From contig CAWCGU010000003.1 of the NCBI GenBank assembly GCA_963795195.1, positions 83,354 to 147,353 of the forward strand: 64,000 bases of DNA, in the 5' to 3' direction. The notes under the pieces were generated by a model. The model did no database searches. It was not told the DNA's origin and saw nothing but the letters and a program-made list of their open reading frames with translations. Shown here in pieces: positions 27,615 to 36,916 of the stretch (its first letter is position 1; every line of letters starts with the position of its first letter). The position numbers and the translations under genes are program-made. This stretch comes from an uncultured Thermoleophilia bacterium. GTDB lineage: Bacteria; Actinomycetota; Thermoleophilia; Solirubrobacterales; 70-9.

Positions 27615-29298
27615 CGCGTGCTTCGAGTGCCGCGGCCTGGCCGACTGGGTAGTGCATGCGTTCCGAGAGCCCCTCGACCTGGCTCGCGGCTTCGCGCGCC
27701 GCCTTCAAGCGACCTGACGCCGAAAGCGTCACGGCGCGGGCAGCAATCGCCTCCATCGACTGTGCGGCGAGCCCCGAGCGCTCGCAGATGTCGAGCGCCT
27801 GCGAGAGGGCTGTGTCGGAAGCCGGGAAGTCCCCGCTGTCGCGCATCGTCGCGCCCAGCCAGAAGAGAGCCGAGTAAGCGACCTCGGAACGGCCGGCCTG
27901 CTCGCCCAGCTCATGCGCGTTTCGCAACGCTTCCGCGGCTGCGTCCCAGTCGGCCTCGCGCCAGTACATAACACCGCGCAGCAACCCGGGGAAACAGAGC
28001 TTGCCGGCGAGTCCCTCGCGCTCCGCGAGAGCCGCGGAGGCCTCCGTCGCTCTCTCGACCTCGTTCCAGTCCGCACGGTAGGCGGCAAGCTGACCGAGGG
28101 CCGCGTGGAGTTCGATCTGGGAAGGTACGTCGCCGACCTGCACGGCCAGGCGCAGACCTTCGCCATAGGCGTTGGCTGCGCCCTCGTACTCACCCTCGGA
28201 GATCTCGAGGTGGTAGCCGAGGGCGAGCAGGGCGCGGATCGCCTCGGCGGGATCGGAGCCGCGAGCGAGCTCGACCGACTGCTCGAGGTTCTGGCGCGCC
28301 TTGGCGGCGTCTCCGATGCGGCCGAAGACACGGCCGAAGATCAGGTGGGCGCGACTCGCGGCCGCGGCTTCGTCGAGGCGCTCGGCCAGCCGCAGCGCCT
28401 TCTCAGCCGCATAGATGGCCAGCATGTTGTCGCCGGTGTGCAGGTAGAGCGACGCCGCTTCCTCGTAGAGGTGCACCAGCTCGAGGCAGGGCGGACCGTC
28501 CTTGAGCAGGTCGATGCCTTTCTGGTAGTGGGCGATCGAGCTTTCGCGCTCGCCCTTGTGCCAGAGCGCCGCGCCGATCTTGCGGTGCAGGTCACCGACC
28601 CTCGAGAGGTCCTCCTGGCGGCGGTGGTAGTCGAGACACTTCTCCCAGACCTCGACGGCGTCGTCGACTCGGCCGATGCGCAGCGAAAGATCGCCCTCCT
28701 TCTCGCCGACCCGAGCGTAGGCGGCGGCATCGAGGCCGCGCGGCAACTCGAGGGCCGCGGTGTAGTGGCCGAGGCCCTCCTGGTTGGAGTACAGCGCCGC
28801 GGCGCTGTCGCCGGCGATCTCGAGCGTCTCCAGCGCCTTGCCGCTGATCATCTCTAGCTGGTCGGCGGGCAGGCCAGACTCCTCGGCCAGGGAGGCGGCC
28901 TTGCCGAAGTGATCGGCAACCATGGCGACCACTCCGTCGCCGCGCTCGCCGGCCCGCTCGGTGATGAAGTTGCCGACCTGGAAGTGTTTGCGGGCCCGCA
29001 CCGATTTCGGCAGCGTCGAGTAGGCGACGTCGCGAATAAGGATGTGCTTGAACGAGTACTCCTGCTCGCCGGCCAGCCGAGAGCCGGCAATCGAGACGAC
29101 CAGGTCCTTCTCCTGGAGCGAGGTCAGCACGGTGGAGAGGTCGATGTTCTCGGTGGCCGCCGTCTGGGTCATCGAGCCTTCCCAGAAGTTCTGGCCGACC
29201 ACCGAGGCGTGCTGGATCATCCGGCGCTCAGCCGTCGACAGCGAGTCGAGGCGTGCGGCGAGCACCGAGTGCACGGAATCCGGAAGCTCATGCCGCAC
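27589..29298 (-). CDS. TPR/helical-repeat region of a large cyclase-ATPase regulator (middle fragment)
   Basis: 569 aa. It begins with ELPDSVHSVLAARLDSL, the motif that normally follows the AAA ATPase module, and continues with many TPR-like repeats. Confidence 0.75.
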   Translation of the reverse strand: MRHELPDSVHSVLAARLDSLSTAERRMIQHASVVGQNFWEGSMTQTAATENIDLSTVLTSLQEKDLVVSIAGSRLAGEQEYSFKHILIRDVAYSTLPKSVRARKHFQVGNFITERAGERGDGVVAMVADHFGKAASLAEESGLPADQLEMISGKALETLEIAGDSAAALYSNQEGLGHYTAALELPRGLDAAAYARVGEKEGDLSLRIGRVDDAVEVWEKCLDYHRRQEDLSRVGDLHRKIGAALWHKGERESSIAHYQKGIDLLKDGPPCLELVHLYEEAASLYLHTGDNMLAIYAAEKALRLAERLDEAAAASRAHLIFGRVFGRIGDAAKARQNLEQSVELARGSDPAEAIRALLALGYHLEISEGEYEGAANAYGEGLRLAVQVGDVPSQIELHAALGQLAAYRADWNEVERATEASAALAEREGLAGKLCFPGLLRGVMYWREADWDAAAEALRNAHELGEQAGRSEVAYSALFWLGATMRDSGDFPASDTALSQALDICERSGLAAQSMEAIAARAVTLSASGRLKAAREAASQVEGLSERMHYPVGQAAALEARGAVAERPQ

Positions 29299-30973
29299 CG
29301 CCGGTGCCGCCCTCTTCGAGGATGCGGTTGATCATCTCCTCCGCGAACAGCGGGTTGCCACCTGAGCGGGCGGCGACCTGGGGAATCATCTCGGCGAGGA
29401 AGTCGGCGTCCTGGGCCTCGGGGATCAGGGCCCCGACGAGCCGCGTCGCGTCTGCGTCGGTCAGCGGCTCGAGAAAGATCGTCTCCGCGTTGCGGCGCCC
29501 GCCGCCCCATTCGGGACGCCGCTCGAGGATCTCGTCGCGGGCGAGGCAGACGAGCATCAACGGCCCGCGCACCCAGCGCGCGAGGTACTCGATCAGGTCC
29601 AGCATTCCCTCGTCGGCCCAGTGGATGTCTTCGACGACCAGCACCAGGGGCCAGCGGTGAGAGACCGCTTCGGCCATCGTCCGCACCGCGGAGAAGATCA
29701 TGTCGCGCATCTGCTGGGGGTCCTCGACGTCGATCTGCGAAGCGATCTCGTCCGGGGGTTCGATGCCGAGCGGGCGCGCGACCAGGGCGGCGACGCGCTC
29801 GGGGTTCTCGTCCGTCGGCTCCTCGGCCAGCAGGGCCTTGATTCCGCGCTGAAGCTTTCCGAAGGCCGCATCCGGGTCGTCGGTATCCACGATCTCGAAC
29901 TGGCTGCGAATGATCTCCCCGAGGGCCCAGTAGGCGAGGGTGGCGCCGTAGGCGGGGCAGCGGCCGATGCGGACGATCGGCTGGTTCTCCCCGCCGGCGA
30001 GCTGGTCGATCAGATCACGCAGCAGACGCGACTTGCCGATCCCGGCCGGTCCCATCACGGTGACAAGGTGCGGACGGTTCTCGCGGACGACCCGTTCGTA
30101 GACGGACAGCAGACGTCCCGACTCGTCGTCGCGGCCGATCAGCGGCGTCTCGGCCCGGACAACGCTGCCGCCCGCGCCCGGTATCTGCACTCGGATCGCT
30201 TCCCACGCGGGCACCGGTTCGGACTTGCCCTTGAGCTCGAACGGCGGCAGCTCCTGGTACTCGATCGCCCGCTTGGTCAGGCGGTGGGTGATCTCGCCGA
30301 CCGTGACGCTGCCGGGGCGCCCCGCCGCCTGCAGCCGTGCGGCGACGTTGACGGCATCGCCCATCACCGTGTAGCTCTCGCCGACGCGGCCCGCAAGCAC
30401 CTCGCCGGAGTTGATCCCGACCCTGAGCTTGAAGCTGACGCTTTCGGAGATCTTGCGGCTGGCCAGCTCGCGATTGATCTCGACCATGGCCGACTGCATC
30501 GCGAGGCCCGCGCGCACCGCCCGCTCCGGATCGTCCTCGTGAGCGACCGGCGCCCCGAACACGGCCATCACGTTGTCGCCGATGTACTTGTCGATGCGCC
30601 CGCCGTAGCGTTCGACCTCGGCACCGAGCCGCCGAAGCGAGCGCTCAACGAGCGTCTTCACGGCCTCCGGATCCATGCGCTCGGCCACGGCGGTATAGCC
30701 GGAGAGGTCGGCGAACAGCACGGTCGCCTTGCGCCGCTCCTCGGGCAGCGAGTCCGGTCCGGCGGGCGGCGCCGGCGCGGCGGGGACGGGGGAGGGGCCA
30801 GGCTTCGACCCGAGTGCGGTGCCGCACTCCATGCAGAAATGGGCGTCCGGCGGATTCTCGGAGCCGCAGTTCGGGCAGCCGGTCGCCGTCGCGGTTCCGC
30901 ACGACATGCAGAACTTGGCCTGCTCGGGATTCTCGGTCCCGCACGAAGGGCAGCTGCGCGTGCTCATACGCAC
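29288..30973 (-). CDS. double zinc-ribbon + class III adenylate/guanylate cyclase + AAA (P-loop) ATPase (N-terminal fragment)
   Basis: CPSCG ... CMSCG ... CPNCG ... CMECG. Cyclase motifs VLFADLSGYT, KYIGDNVMAVFG and GDAVNVAARL. Walker A GPAGIGKS. Confidence 0.85.
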   Translation of the reverse strand: MRMSTRSCPSCGTENPEQAKFCMSCGTATATGCPNCGSENPPDAHFCMECGTALGSKPGPSPVPAAPAPPAGPDSLPEERRKATVLFADLSGYTAVAERMDPEAVKTLVERSLRRLGAEVERYGGRIDKYIGDNVMAVFGAPVAHEDDPERAVRAGLAMQSAMVEINRELASRKISESVSFKLRVGINSGEVLAGRVGESYTVMGDAVNVAARLQAAGRPGSVTVGEITHRLTKRAIEYQELPPFELKGKSEPVPAWEAIRVQIPGAGGSVVRAETPLIGRDDESGRLLSVYERVVRENRPHLVTVMGPAGIGKSRLLRDLIDQLAGGENQPIVRIGRCPAYGATLAYWALGEIIRSQFEIVDTDDPDAAFGKLQRGIKALLAEEPTDENPERVAALVARPLGIEPPDEIASQIDVEDPQQMRDMIFSAVRTMAEAVSHRWPLVLVVEDIHWADEGMLDLIEYLARWVRGPLMLVCLARDEILERRPEWGGGRRNAETIFLEPLTDADATRLVGALIPEAQDADFLAEMIPQVAARSGGNPLFAEEMINRILEEGGTGGAA

Positions 30974-30986
30974 GAAAGATACGTCG

Positions 30987-31433
30987 TCAGTCGATCGGGA
31001 TGTCTTCGACGCGGGGGCTGCGCCGGCGCTCCTGCTCGGCGCGCTGCAGATAGTGGTCGATCATCGCCCGGACCGCGGCCAGCGCCTCGCGCTGAATATC
31101 CCCCAATTGATCGCGCAGCTCAGGGGGCACCGAGGCCCGCACGACGTCGGCCGTCCGGCAAATCGGACACCACTCAACACATTCGTGCGCGTGGCCATGG
31201 CCAATTCCCTCTTCGCCATCCTCGCGGCCGGGATCGGCGGGTGACTCCGGCGCTTTGAACCCAGGGCGTTGGCCAAAGGCAGATGGAGGTTCGAGCGGAT
31301 CGGGCGGAGCGTCTCCCGCGACCGAGCCGCTCGCGGGGTTAACGCGGGTTTGACCGCGTCGCTCCCGCCAGCGACTCCAAATCTCGCTCTCGATCGGCGG
31401 CTGTTTCTGGCCCTCTGTTGTCGGCTCGCTCAT
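30987..31433 (-). CDS. hypothetical protein with a HECVEWCPICR Cys motif (possibly DUF5304-like)
   Basis: 148-aa ORF. The C-terminal half is helical. It lies immediately downstream of the ArsA-like ATPase, an arrangement I recall from actinobacteria. Confidence 0.6.
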   Translation of the reverse strand: MSEPTTEGQKQPPIESEIWSRWRERRGQTRVNPASGSVAGDAPPDPLEPPSAFGQRPGFKAPESPADPGREDGEEGIGHGHAHECVEWCPICRTADVVRASVPPELRDQLGDIQREALAAVRAMIDHYLQRAEQERRRSPRVEDIPID

Positions 31434-32616
31434 CTTCGAAGCTGATCCTCAGCGTTCCCTCCTCGAAGCTGGCGCCGGTGGGTCGGTGATGGGCCAGCGC
31501 GGAGGGCAGGATGATAGTCCGCTTTTCGCTGCCGACCGAGACAATCAGTTCGGCGTCGGCCTTACTCAGCTTGATCTGACTCTTTTCTGTGAACGGAATC
31601 CGGATCCGCAGTTCAGTGCAGCCGTTCGCGGCCACCAACTCGTGCGCGAGCTCGCTGTGGAGGACCTCCTGCGGGGCGTGCTCGGTGAACAGTTCCGCCC
31701 CGAGCCGGTCGAGCATCTCGGAGCCCACGACCTCCTGTTCGAAGTAGCGGGCGCGCAGCACCGGCACCGGCGCGAATCCCTGCTCGACCAGCTCCAGGTG
31801 CTGACTCTGGCGTTCGCGCCACGATCCGAAGTAGCCGTCGGCGACCTCCTCCGGGAAGATCCGGTTGACGATCACGGCGTCGGTCAGATATCCGTAGAGA
31901 TTGAGGTATGCGAACGTACGCTGCGCCTCCCGGATCACCATCCGGTCGGGGTTCATGACCAGCCGGATCGAGGCCAGCTCCCGGTCCCGGAGGATCTCGT
32001 TCATCGAGATCAGATTCCGGACCAGGCGCCGGACCTCGTCGAGCACGTCTTCGCCCGGCAGCGGCAGATCCAGGAACGTGCGCGCGATTGGTCTTGCCGC
32101 GGCGAGCAGCCGGCGCTCCCACGGGAAGACCTTCTCGAGCCACCAGCGGGCGATGTCCGGGAACGAGAGCAGTCGCAGGGTCTCTCCGGTGGGCGCGCAG
32201 TCGACGATCACGACGTCGTAGTCGCCCGACTCGTGGTGGCGCTTGATCTGCAGCAGGCTGAAGAGCTCGTCCATGCCGGGCGGGACGCTCAGCTCCTCGG
32301 CAGCGATGTCCATGACCCCGCGGTCGGCGAGCAGCTTGCCGAGCCAGCGCTGTACGGCGCCCCAGTTTCGCTCCATCTCACGTTGCGCCTGGACCTCCTG
32401 GCCCCAGAGCCCTTCGGCGACAGGCGTCGGATCGGCCTGGAGCGCCGTCTCGAGTGAGTCCGAGAGGCTGTGTGCCGGATCGGTCGAGAGCACGATCGTG
32501 CGCAGCCCCGATGCGGCGCAGAGTCGTGCGGTGGCGGCGGCGACGCTGGTCTTGCCGACCCCGCCCTTGCCCGTGTAGAGGATCGTCCGCGGGCGTTTCG
32601 TCACGGGGGGGTCCAC
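31339..32616 (-). CDS. ArsA/GET3-family P-loop ATPase
   Basis: GKGGVGKTSVAA deviant Walker A, DPAHSL, and a C-terminal Hsp20-like segment (LIVSVGSEKRTIILP). The last roughly 30 residues overlap the next gene and look out of frame. Confidence 0.85.
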   Translation of the reverse strand: MDPPVTKRPRTILYTGKGGVGKTSVAAATARLCAASGLRTIVLSTDPAHSLSDSLETALQADPTPVAEGLWGQEVQAQREMERNWGAVQRWLGKLLADRGVMDIAAEELSVPPGMDELFSLLQIKRHHESGDYDVVIVDCAPTGETLRLLSFPDIARWWLEKVFPWERRLLAAARPIARTFLDLPLPGEDVLDEVRRLVRNLISMNEILRDRELASIRLVMNPDRMVIREAQRTFAYLNLYGYLTDAVIVNRIFPEEVADGYFGSWRERQSQHLELVEQGFAPVPVLRARYFEQEVVGSEMLDRLGAELFTEHAPQEVLHSELAHELVAANGCTELRIRIPFTEKSQIKLSKADAELIVSVGSEKRTIILPSALAHHRPTGASFEEGTLRISFEDERADNRGPETAADRERDLESLAGATRSNPR

Positions 32617-32679
32617 GGGCCGATGCTACCCTGGCCGCCGTTTCGAACTTCATCCAATGGGAAGGACACCACCCACGCC

Positions 32680-33732
32680 ATGACCCGTTTCCGAGTTCTG
32701 CTTCCCGTTTGCGCGATCATCCTCGCGGCGGCCCTGGTTGCGGGTTGCGGTGGAGAGTCTCCCGAGGACACCCTCGAGCAGACGTTCAACGCCGAGGAGA
32801 GCATCACAAGCGGTGTTCTCGACATCAGCCTCGAGGCGACGGTGCAGGGCGGCACGGGCGGCAGCTTCTCGTTCAGCCTCAACGGCCCCTTCCAGGGGGG
32901 CGACGATCCGGAGACCCTGCCCGAGCTCGACCTGACGGCCGACGCTTCACTGGAAGTGCTCGGTCAGGCTCAGGCCTTCAGCGGCGGACTGGTGATCACC
33001 GCGGACAACGCCTACGTCGAGTATCAGGGTCAGGCCTACGAGGTCGGCGCGCAGGACTTCGCGCAAGTCCAGGAGGCGCTCAGCGCGCTGGTCGCGCAGA
33101 GCGCAGCGAGCGGGGGCGAGGAGGACCTCAGCCCCACCGAGGCGATTCGCCAGAGCTGCGAGACCACCGCCGATCAGACCGGTGGCGATCCAGGCGTCTG
33201 CGAGGAGATCGACTTCGGCGCCTGGACCGGAGAGCTCTCCGAGGAGGAGGGAGTTGAAATCGACGGCACGGCCACGACCAAGATCCACGGCGACCTCGAC
33301 GTCGACCAGATCGTCCAGGACTTCGTCAAGATCGGCGAGGCGAGCGGAGACCTGGGCGCGGCTCTGCCCACCGACGACCAGGTTCAGCAGGTGGCTGACG
33401 CCGTGACCGAGGCGAGCTTCGACATCTACACGGGCGAGGAGGACCACCAGCTGCGAGGGATCGACTTCAGGCTCGGTATCGACCCCTCTGCTGTACCCGC
33501 GGCCGGGACCCTCGGGATCGAAACGGTCTCGATCAACTTCGCGCAGCGCTTCACGGACATCAACCAGCCCCAGACGATCACTCCTCCGGCGCAGGCGCGG
33601 CCCATCGATGAGCTCCTCAACGAGCTTGACCTGGGCGCACTCGGGCTGCTCGGCGGCGGACTCGCGCTGCCTGGTGCCGGCGAGGTCCCCGCCGTCCCGC
33701 AGATTCCGTTGCCGACAACTCCTGAAGGGTGA
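32680..33732 (+). CDS. hypothetical lipoprotein
   Basis: I chose the ATG at 32680. The signal carries the lipobox LVAGC. The mature part is acidic. No domain recognised. Confidence 0.65.
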   Translation: MTRFRVLLPVCAIILAAALVAGCGGESPEDTLEQTFNAEESITSGVLDISLEATVQGGTGGSFSFSLNGPFQGGDDPETLPELDLTADASLEVLGQAQAFSGGLVITADNAYVEYQGQAYEVGAQDFAQVQEALSALVAQSAASGGEEDLSPTEAIRQSCETTADQTGGDPGVCEEIDFGAWTGELSEEEGVEIDGTATTKIHGDLDVDQIVQDFVKIGEASGDLGAALPTDDQVQQVADAVTEASFDIYTGEEDHQLRGIDFRLGIDPSAVPAAGTLGIETVSINFAQRFTDINQPQTITPPAQARPIDELLNELDLGALGLLGGGLALPGAGEVPAVPQIPLPTTPEG

Positions 33733-34859
33733 GCGGCGCACAGGCGGCGAGTCCCCGCCGCTTCCTATTCAGCGCTCAGGGGTGGCCATACCTGCTGGTG
33801 CCGTTCATTCCGCTGGCGGTCGTGCTGGAGATCACGCATGCGTCGGCCGGGCTGATCTTCGGGATCGCCGCCCTCGGCATCGTTCCCACGGCTGCCCTGA
33901 TGGGGCTCGCCACGGAAGAGCTTGCAGCGCGTTCGGGGCCCGGGATCGGCGGCCTGCTCAACGTCACCTTTGGTAACGCACCGGAGCTGATCATCGCGGC
34001 CTTCGCACTCAGCGCGGGTCTGCACGAGGTGGTCAAGGCCTCGCTGATCGGCTCGATTCTCGGCAACATCCTGCTCGTGATGGGCCTCTCGATGTTCGTC
34101 GGAGGCCTCAAACGCGACAAGCAGGTCTTCGACCGGACGGCCGCCAACGCGCAGTCCGCGATGCTGCTGCTCGCGGTCGCTGCTTTGGTGATGCCCGCGA
34201 TCTTCGAGCTGGTCCAGGGAACGGGGCTGCCTTCTCCGGGCGCCGAGCGGGTCGACTACGACTCCACCGTTGAGAACCTGTCCCTTGCTGTCGCCATCGT
34301 CCTGATCGGGACCTATATCGCCGGCCTGTTCTTCTCGCTGAAGACGCACAAGGATCTCTTCAACCCGCCGTACGAGTCCGAGCACGAGCAGGGCTTCGGC
34401 TGGACCGTGCGCCGCTCGGTCGGGATGCTGGCCATCGCGGGGGTGGCGGTGGGCCTGATGTCGGAGATTCTGGTCGGTTCGATCTCCGAGGCGTCGGAAT
34501 CGATCGGGGTTTCCGAGTTCTTCGTCGGTGTGATCGTGGTCGCGATAGTTGGTAATGCCGCCGAGCACTGGGTCGCTGTGCTGATGGCGCTCAAGAACAA
34601 GATGAATCTGGCCGTCAACATCGCGGTTGGCTCCAGCGCTCAGATAGCGCTGTTCGTGGCTCCACTGCTGGTCGTGTTCTCCTTCTTCATCGGCCCCGGG
34701 CCGATGGCGCTCGTCTTCAACGGCTTCGAGCTGGCCGCGGTGCTGATTGCGGTGTTGATCGCCAACTACGTGACCCAGGAAGGCGAGTCGAACTGGTTCG
34801 AGGGAGTTCAGTTGCTCGCCGTGTACGCGATCCTGGCCATCGCCTTCTTCGTTGCCTGA
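33729..34859 (+). CDS. Ca2+/H+ antiporter (CAX/ChaA family)
   Basis: About 11 TM helices with the paired alpha-repeat motifs GNAPELIIA and GNAAEHWVA. Confidence 0.85.
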   Translation: MSGAQAASPRRFLFSAQGWPYLLVPFIPLAVVLEITHASAGLIFGIAALGIVPTAALMGLATEELAARSGPGIGGLLNVTFGNAPELIIAAFALSAGLHEVVKASLIGSILGNILLVMGLSMFVGGLKRDKQVFDRTAANAQSAMLLLAVAALVMPAIFELVQGTGLPSPGAERVDYDSTVENLSLAVAIVLIGTYIAGLFFSLKTHKDLFNPPYESEHEQGFGWTVRRSVGMLAIAGVAVGLMSEILVGSISEASESIGVSEFFVGVIVVAIVGNAAEHWVAVLMALKNKMNLAVNIAVGSSAQIALFVAPLLVVFSFFIGPGPMALVFNGFELAAVLIAVLIANYVTQEGESNWFEGVQLLAVYAILAIAFFVA

Positions 34860-34868
34860 CAGGAGCCT

Positions 34869-34897
34869 TTCCTAAAGGGGTCTGACCCCTTTAGGAA
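34869..34897. repeat. REP-like palindrome, copy 3 (TTCCTAAAGGGGTCTGACCCCTTTAGGAA)
   Basis: Identical to the RAYT-flanking palindrome. It sits in the 59-nt gap between the two antiporter genes. Confidence 0.8.
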
Positions 34898-34918
34898 GGC
34901 GCGGGGTTAACTAGGCGT

Positions 34919-35929
34919 ATGGAAGCGGTCCTGCTCGCCGTCAGCTTTGCGGTCATCCTCGCGGGCGCCCAGCTGTTCACGAACGCCGTCGAGTGGGCCG
35001 GCCACAGGCTCGAGATGGGGGAGGGGGCGGTCGGCAGCCTGCTGGCGGCTGTCGGTACGGCGATGCCCGAGACGCTGATCCCGATCATCGCCATCGTCGG
35101 CGGCGCTGCCGGGGCCGAGGACGTCGCCGTCGGGGCAATCATCGGCGCGCCGTTCCTGCTGGCGACGCTGGCGATGATGCTGGTCGGGCTGTTCGCGGTT
35201 CTCTACCGCAACCGGCGGACCCAGGGAACAGGTCTCAAGGTCCACGTGGAGACGCTCGAGCGCGACCTGATCTTCTTCCTCGTCTTCTTCGGCGTCGGCT
35301 GCGGCCTGGGAGCCCTTGAGCTGCCCTCGGGCCTGCGCGTCGCGATCGCCGTCGGCTTCTTGCTGGCCTACGCCGGCTACGCGGTCAGGACCGTGCGCGG
35401 GGGCGGCGAAACTCAGGATCAGGACACGATCGCCGGTCTCGTGTTCGCCCGCCCGCCCGCCTCGGTTGACGCTGGGGATCCCCCGATGGCGTTGATCGTC
35501 ACGCAGTTCGTGGTCGCGCTCGGCACGATCATCGGCGGTGCGCATCTGTTCGTAGAAGAGTTGATCCACGTCGCCGACTCGCTTGGCGTGGACACGATCG
35601 TGCTCTCGCTCGTGCTGGCGCCGCTGGCCACGGAGCTTCCCGAAAAGGCCAACAGCTTTTTCTGGGTGCGGGAAGGCAAGGACAGCCTGGCGCTCGGCAA
35701 CATCACCGGAGCGATGGTCTTCCAGTCGACCATCCCGATCGCGTTCGGTCTCGCGTTCACCGACTGGGACCTCGACGAATTCGGCTTGCTCTCGGCGGCG
35801 CTGGGTCTCGCAGGCGGAATCCTCGCCTACTGGGTGCTGCGCCTGAGGGGACGTTTCACGGTGCCGGCGGTCGTCGCCTGGGGTGCGCTCTACGCAGCCT
35901 TCCTGGTCTTCGTGATCGTCCAGGCCTAG
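34919..35929 (+). CDS. sodium/calcium exchanger (CaCA, YrbG-like) membrane protein
   Basis: Polytopic membrane protein with the alpha-repeat motifs GTAMPE and GNITGAMVFQ. Confidence 0.8.
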   Translation: MEAVLLAVSFAVILAGAQLFTNAVEWAGHRLEMGEGAVGSLLAAVGTAMPETLIPIIAIVGGAAGAEDVAVGAIIGAPFLLATLAMMLVGLFAVLYRNRRTQGTGLKVHVETLERDLIFFLVFFGVGCGLGALELPSGLRVAIAVGFLLAYAGYAVRTVRGGGETQDQDTIAGLVFARPPASVDAGDPPMALIVTQFVVALGTIIGGAHLFVEELIHVADSLGVDTIVLSLVLAPLATELPEKANSFFWVREGKDSLALGNITGAMVFQSTIPIAFGLAFTDWDLDEFGLLSAALGLAGGILAYWVLRLRGRFTVPAVVAWGALYAAFLVFVIVQA

Positions 35930-35941
35930 ACGGCTGAGGGC

Positions 35942-36319
35942 TCAGTCCTCGCGACCGGGCTCCTGGCCGTCCTCACCCTCGTCGTACTCCTCGTCGCCCT
36001 GCTCGAGAGCCGTCGCAGACACCGACCCGCGGGAGCCCGGGTGGTAGTGGGTCTGGAAGGTCTCCAGAGCGACGTCACGTGCCTGCTCGTCGATCGGCAC
36101 GTCTTCGGAGATCCTCACCCAGTCGGCCCCTTCGTATGCCTCCATGTTGAAGACCTCCTGGTCGATCGAGGAGGAATCATCGACGACGACCACGACCTCT
36201 GTTTGCGGATTGAAGTAGGTGCCCGGGCGAACCAGCATCTCCTCGGGTTCCACGATCTGACTGTCGATCTCCTCGGTGGCCATGGACGTAGATATACCCG
36301 AGGCTGGCGTTTGACACAA
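35942..36319 (-). CDS. hypothetical acidic protein
   Basis: 125-aa ORF with coding-like composition. The start may be Met13 (36283). No domain recognised. Confidence 0.5.
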   Translation of the reverse strand: MCQTPASGISTSMATEEIDSQIVEPEEMLVRPGTYFNPQTEVVVVVDDSSSIDQEVFNMEAYEGADWVRISEDVPIDEQARDVALETFQTHYHPGSRGSVSATALEQGDEEYDEGEDGQEPGRED

Positions 36320-36340
36320 CGCCGGTCGCCCCGGCAGCGG

Positions 36341-36916
36341 CTACTGGCCCAGATTCTCGAACTCGCGCAGCTGGCGTTCGACCTCCGACTCGACGTCCAG
36401 CGGCGGCTCGCCGCGCCGCTCGCGGCGCTGATTGCGCGCGACCACGAGCTGGCGAACCTCGTCCACGAGGCCGGCGTCGGCGGCCGTGCCGGCTGGGCTC
36501 GCTTCACTCATCAGGCGCCCGATCTCCACCTCGACGTCGAGCGGGTGCTCCCCTCGTGCCGCTTGCCGGAATGCCTTGGCCTCGACCATCTGGCGGATCT
36601 CCTGCTCGCGTTCGGCAGCGCTTGCCGCCGGCGAGTCGGTCAGCGCGCTCTGCGGCAGATCCTGTTCGAACTCGACCGAGAACCGGCCCTTGCCAAGCTG
36701 GCGCAGCGCGGGGCCGACGAGGGCGAAAGCGAGGGCCGCGATGGGCAGCGCCACGACCGCGATCAGCAGGAAGGCGTCGCCTTCGGTCAGTCCCAGCAGC
36801 GTCGTCGCTGTCGCGGGTGCGGTCACCTGCCCAAGGGTAGACGGGTCGGGCAGCACGCCGAGTTGGGCTTTTGCCGCCGATTTTTGGCTATCCTTCCTGA
36901 TTGACTGACCAGTCAA
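36341..36916 (-). CDS. hypothetical single-TM protein with two copies of an E(I/V)RQ(M/L)V ... RGExPLDVE motif
   Basis: One hydrophobic helix (FLLIAVVALPIAALAFALVG). The internal repeat covers aa 106-135 and 153-183. The start is uncertain (TTG 36916, GTG 36856 or GTG 36826). Confidence 0.5.
   Translation of the reverse strand: MTGQSIRKDSQKSAAKAQLGVLPDPSTLGQVTAPATATTLLGLTEGDAFLLIAVVALPIAALAFALVGPALRQLGKGRFSVEFEQDLPQSALTDSPAASAAEREQEIRQMVEAKAFRQAARGEHPLDVEVEIGRLMSEASPAGTAADAGLVDEVRQLVVARNQRRERRGEPPLDVESEVERQLREFENLGQ

Noticed and set aside
31339-32616. ArsA-like ATPase considered as an arsenite efflux component.
   Set aside because: It has a single ATPase domain, and no arsB/acr3, arsC, arsR or arsD gene lies in the neighbourhood. 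The context matches the non-arsenic ArsA/Get3-like group.
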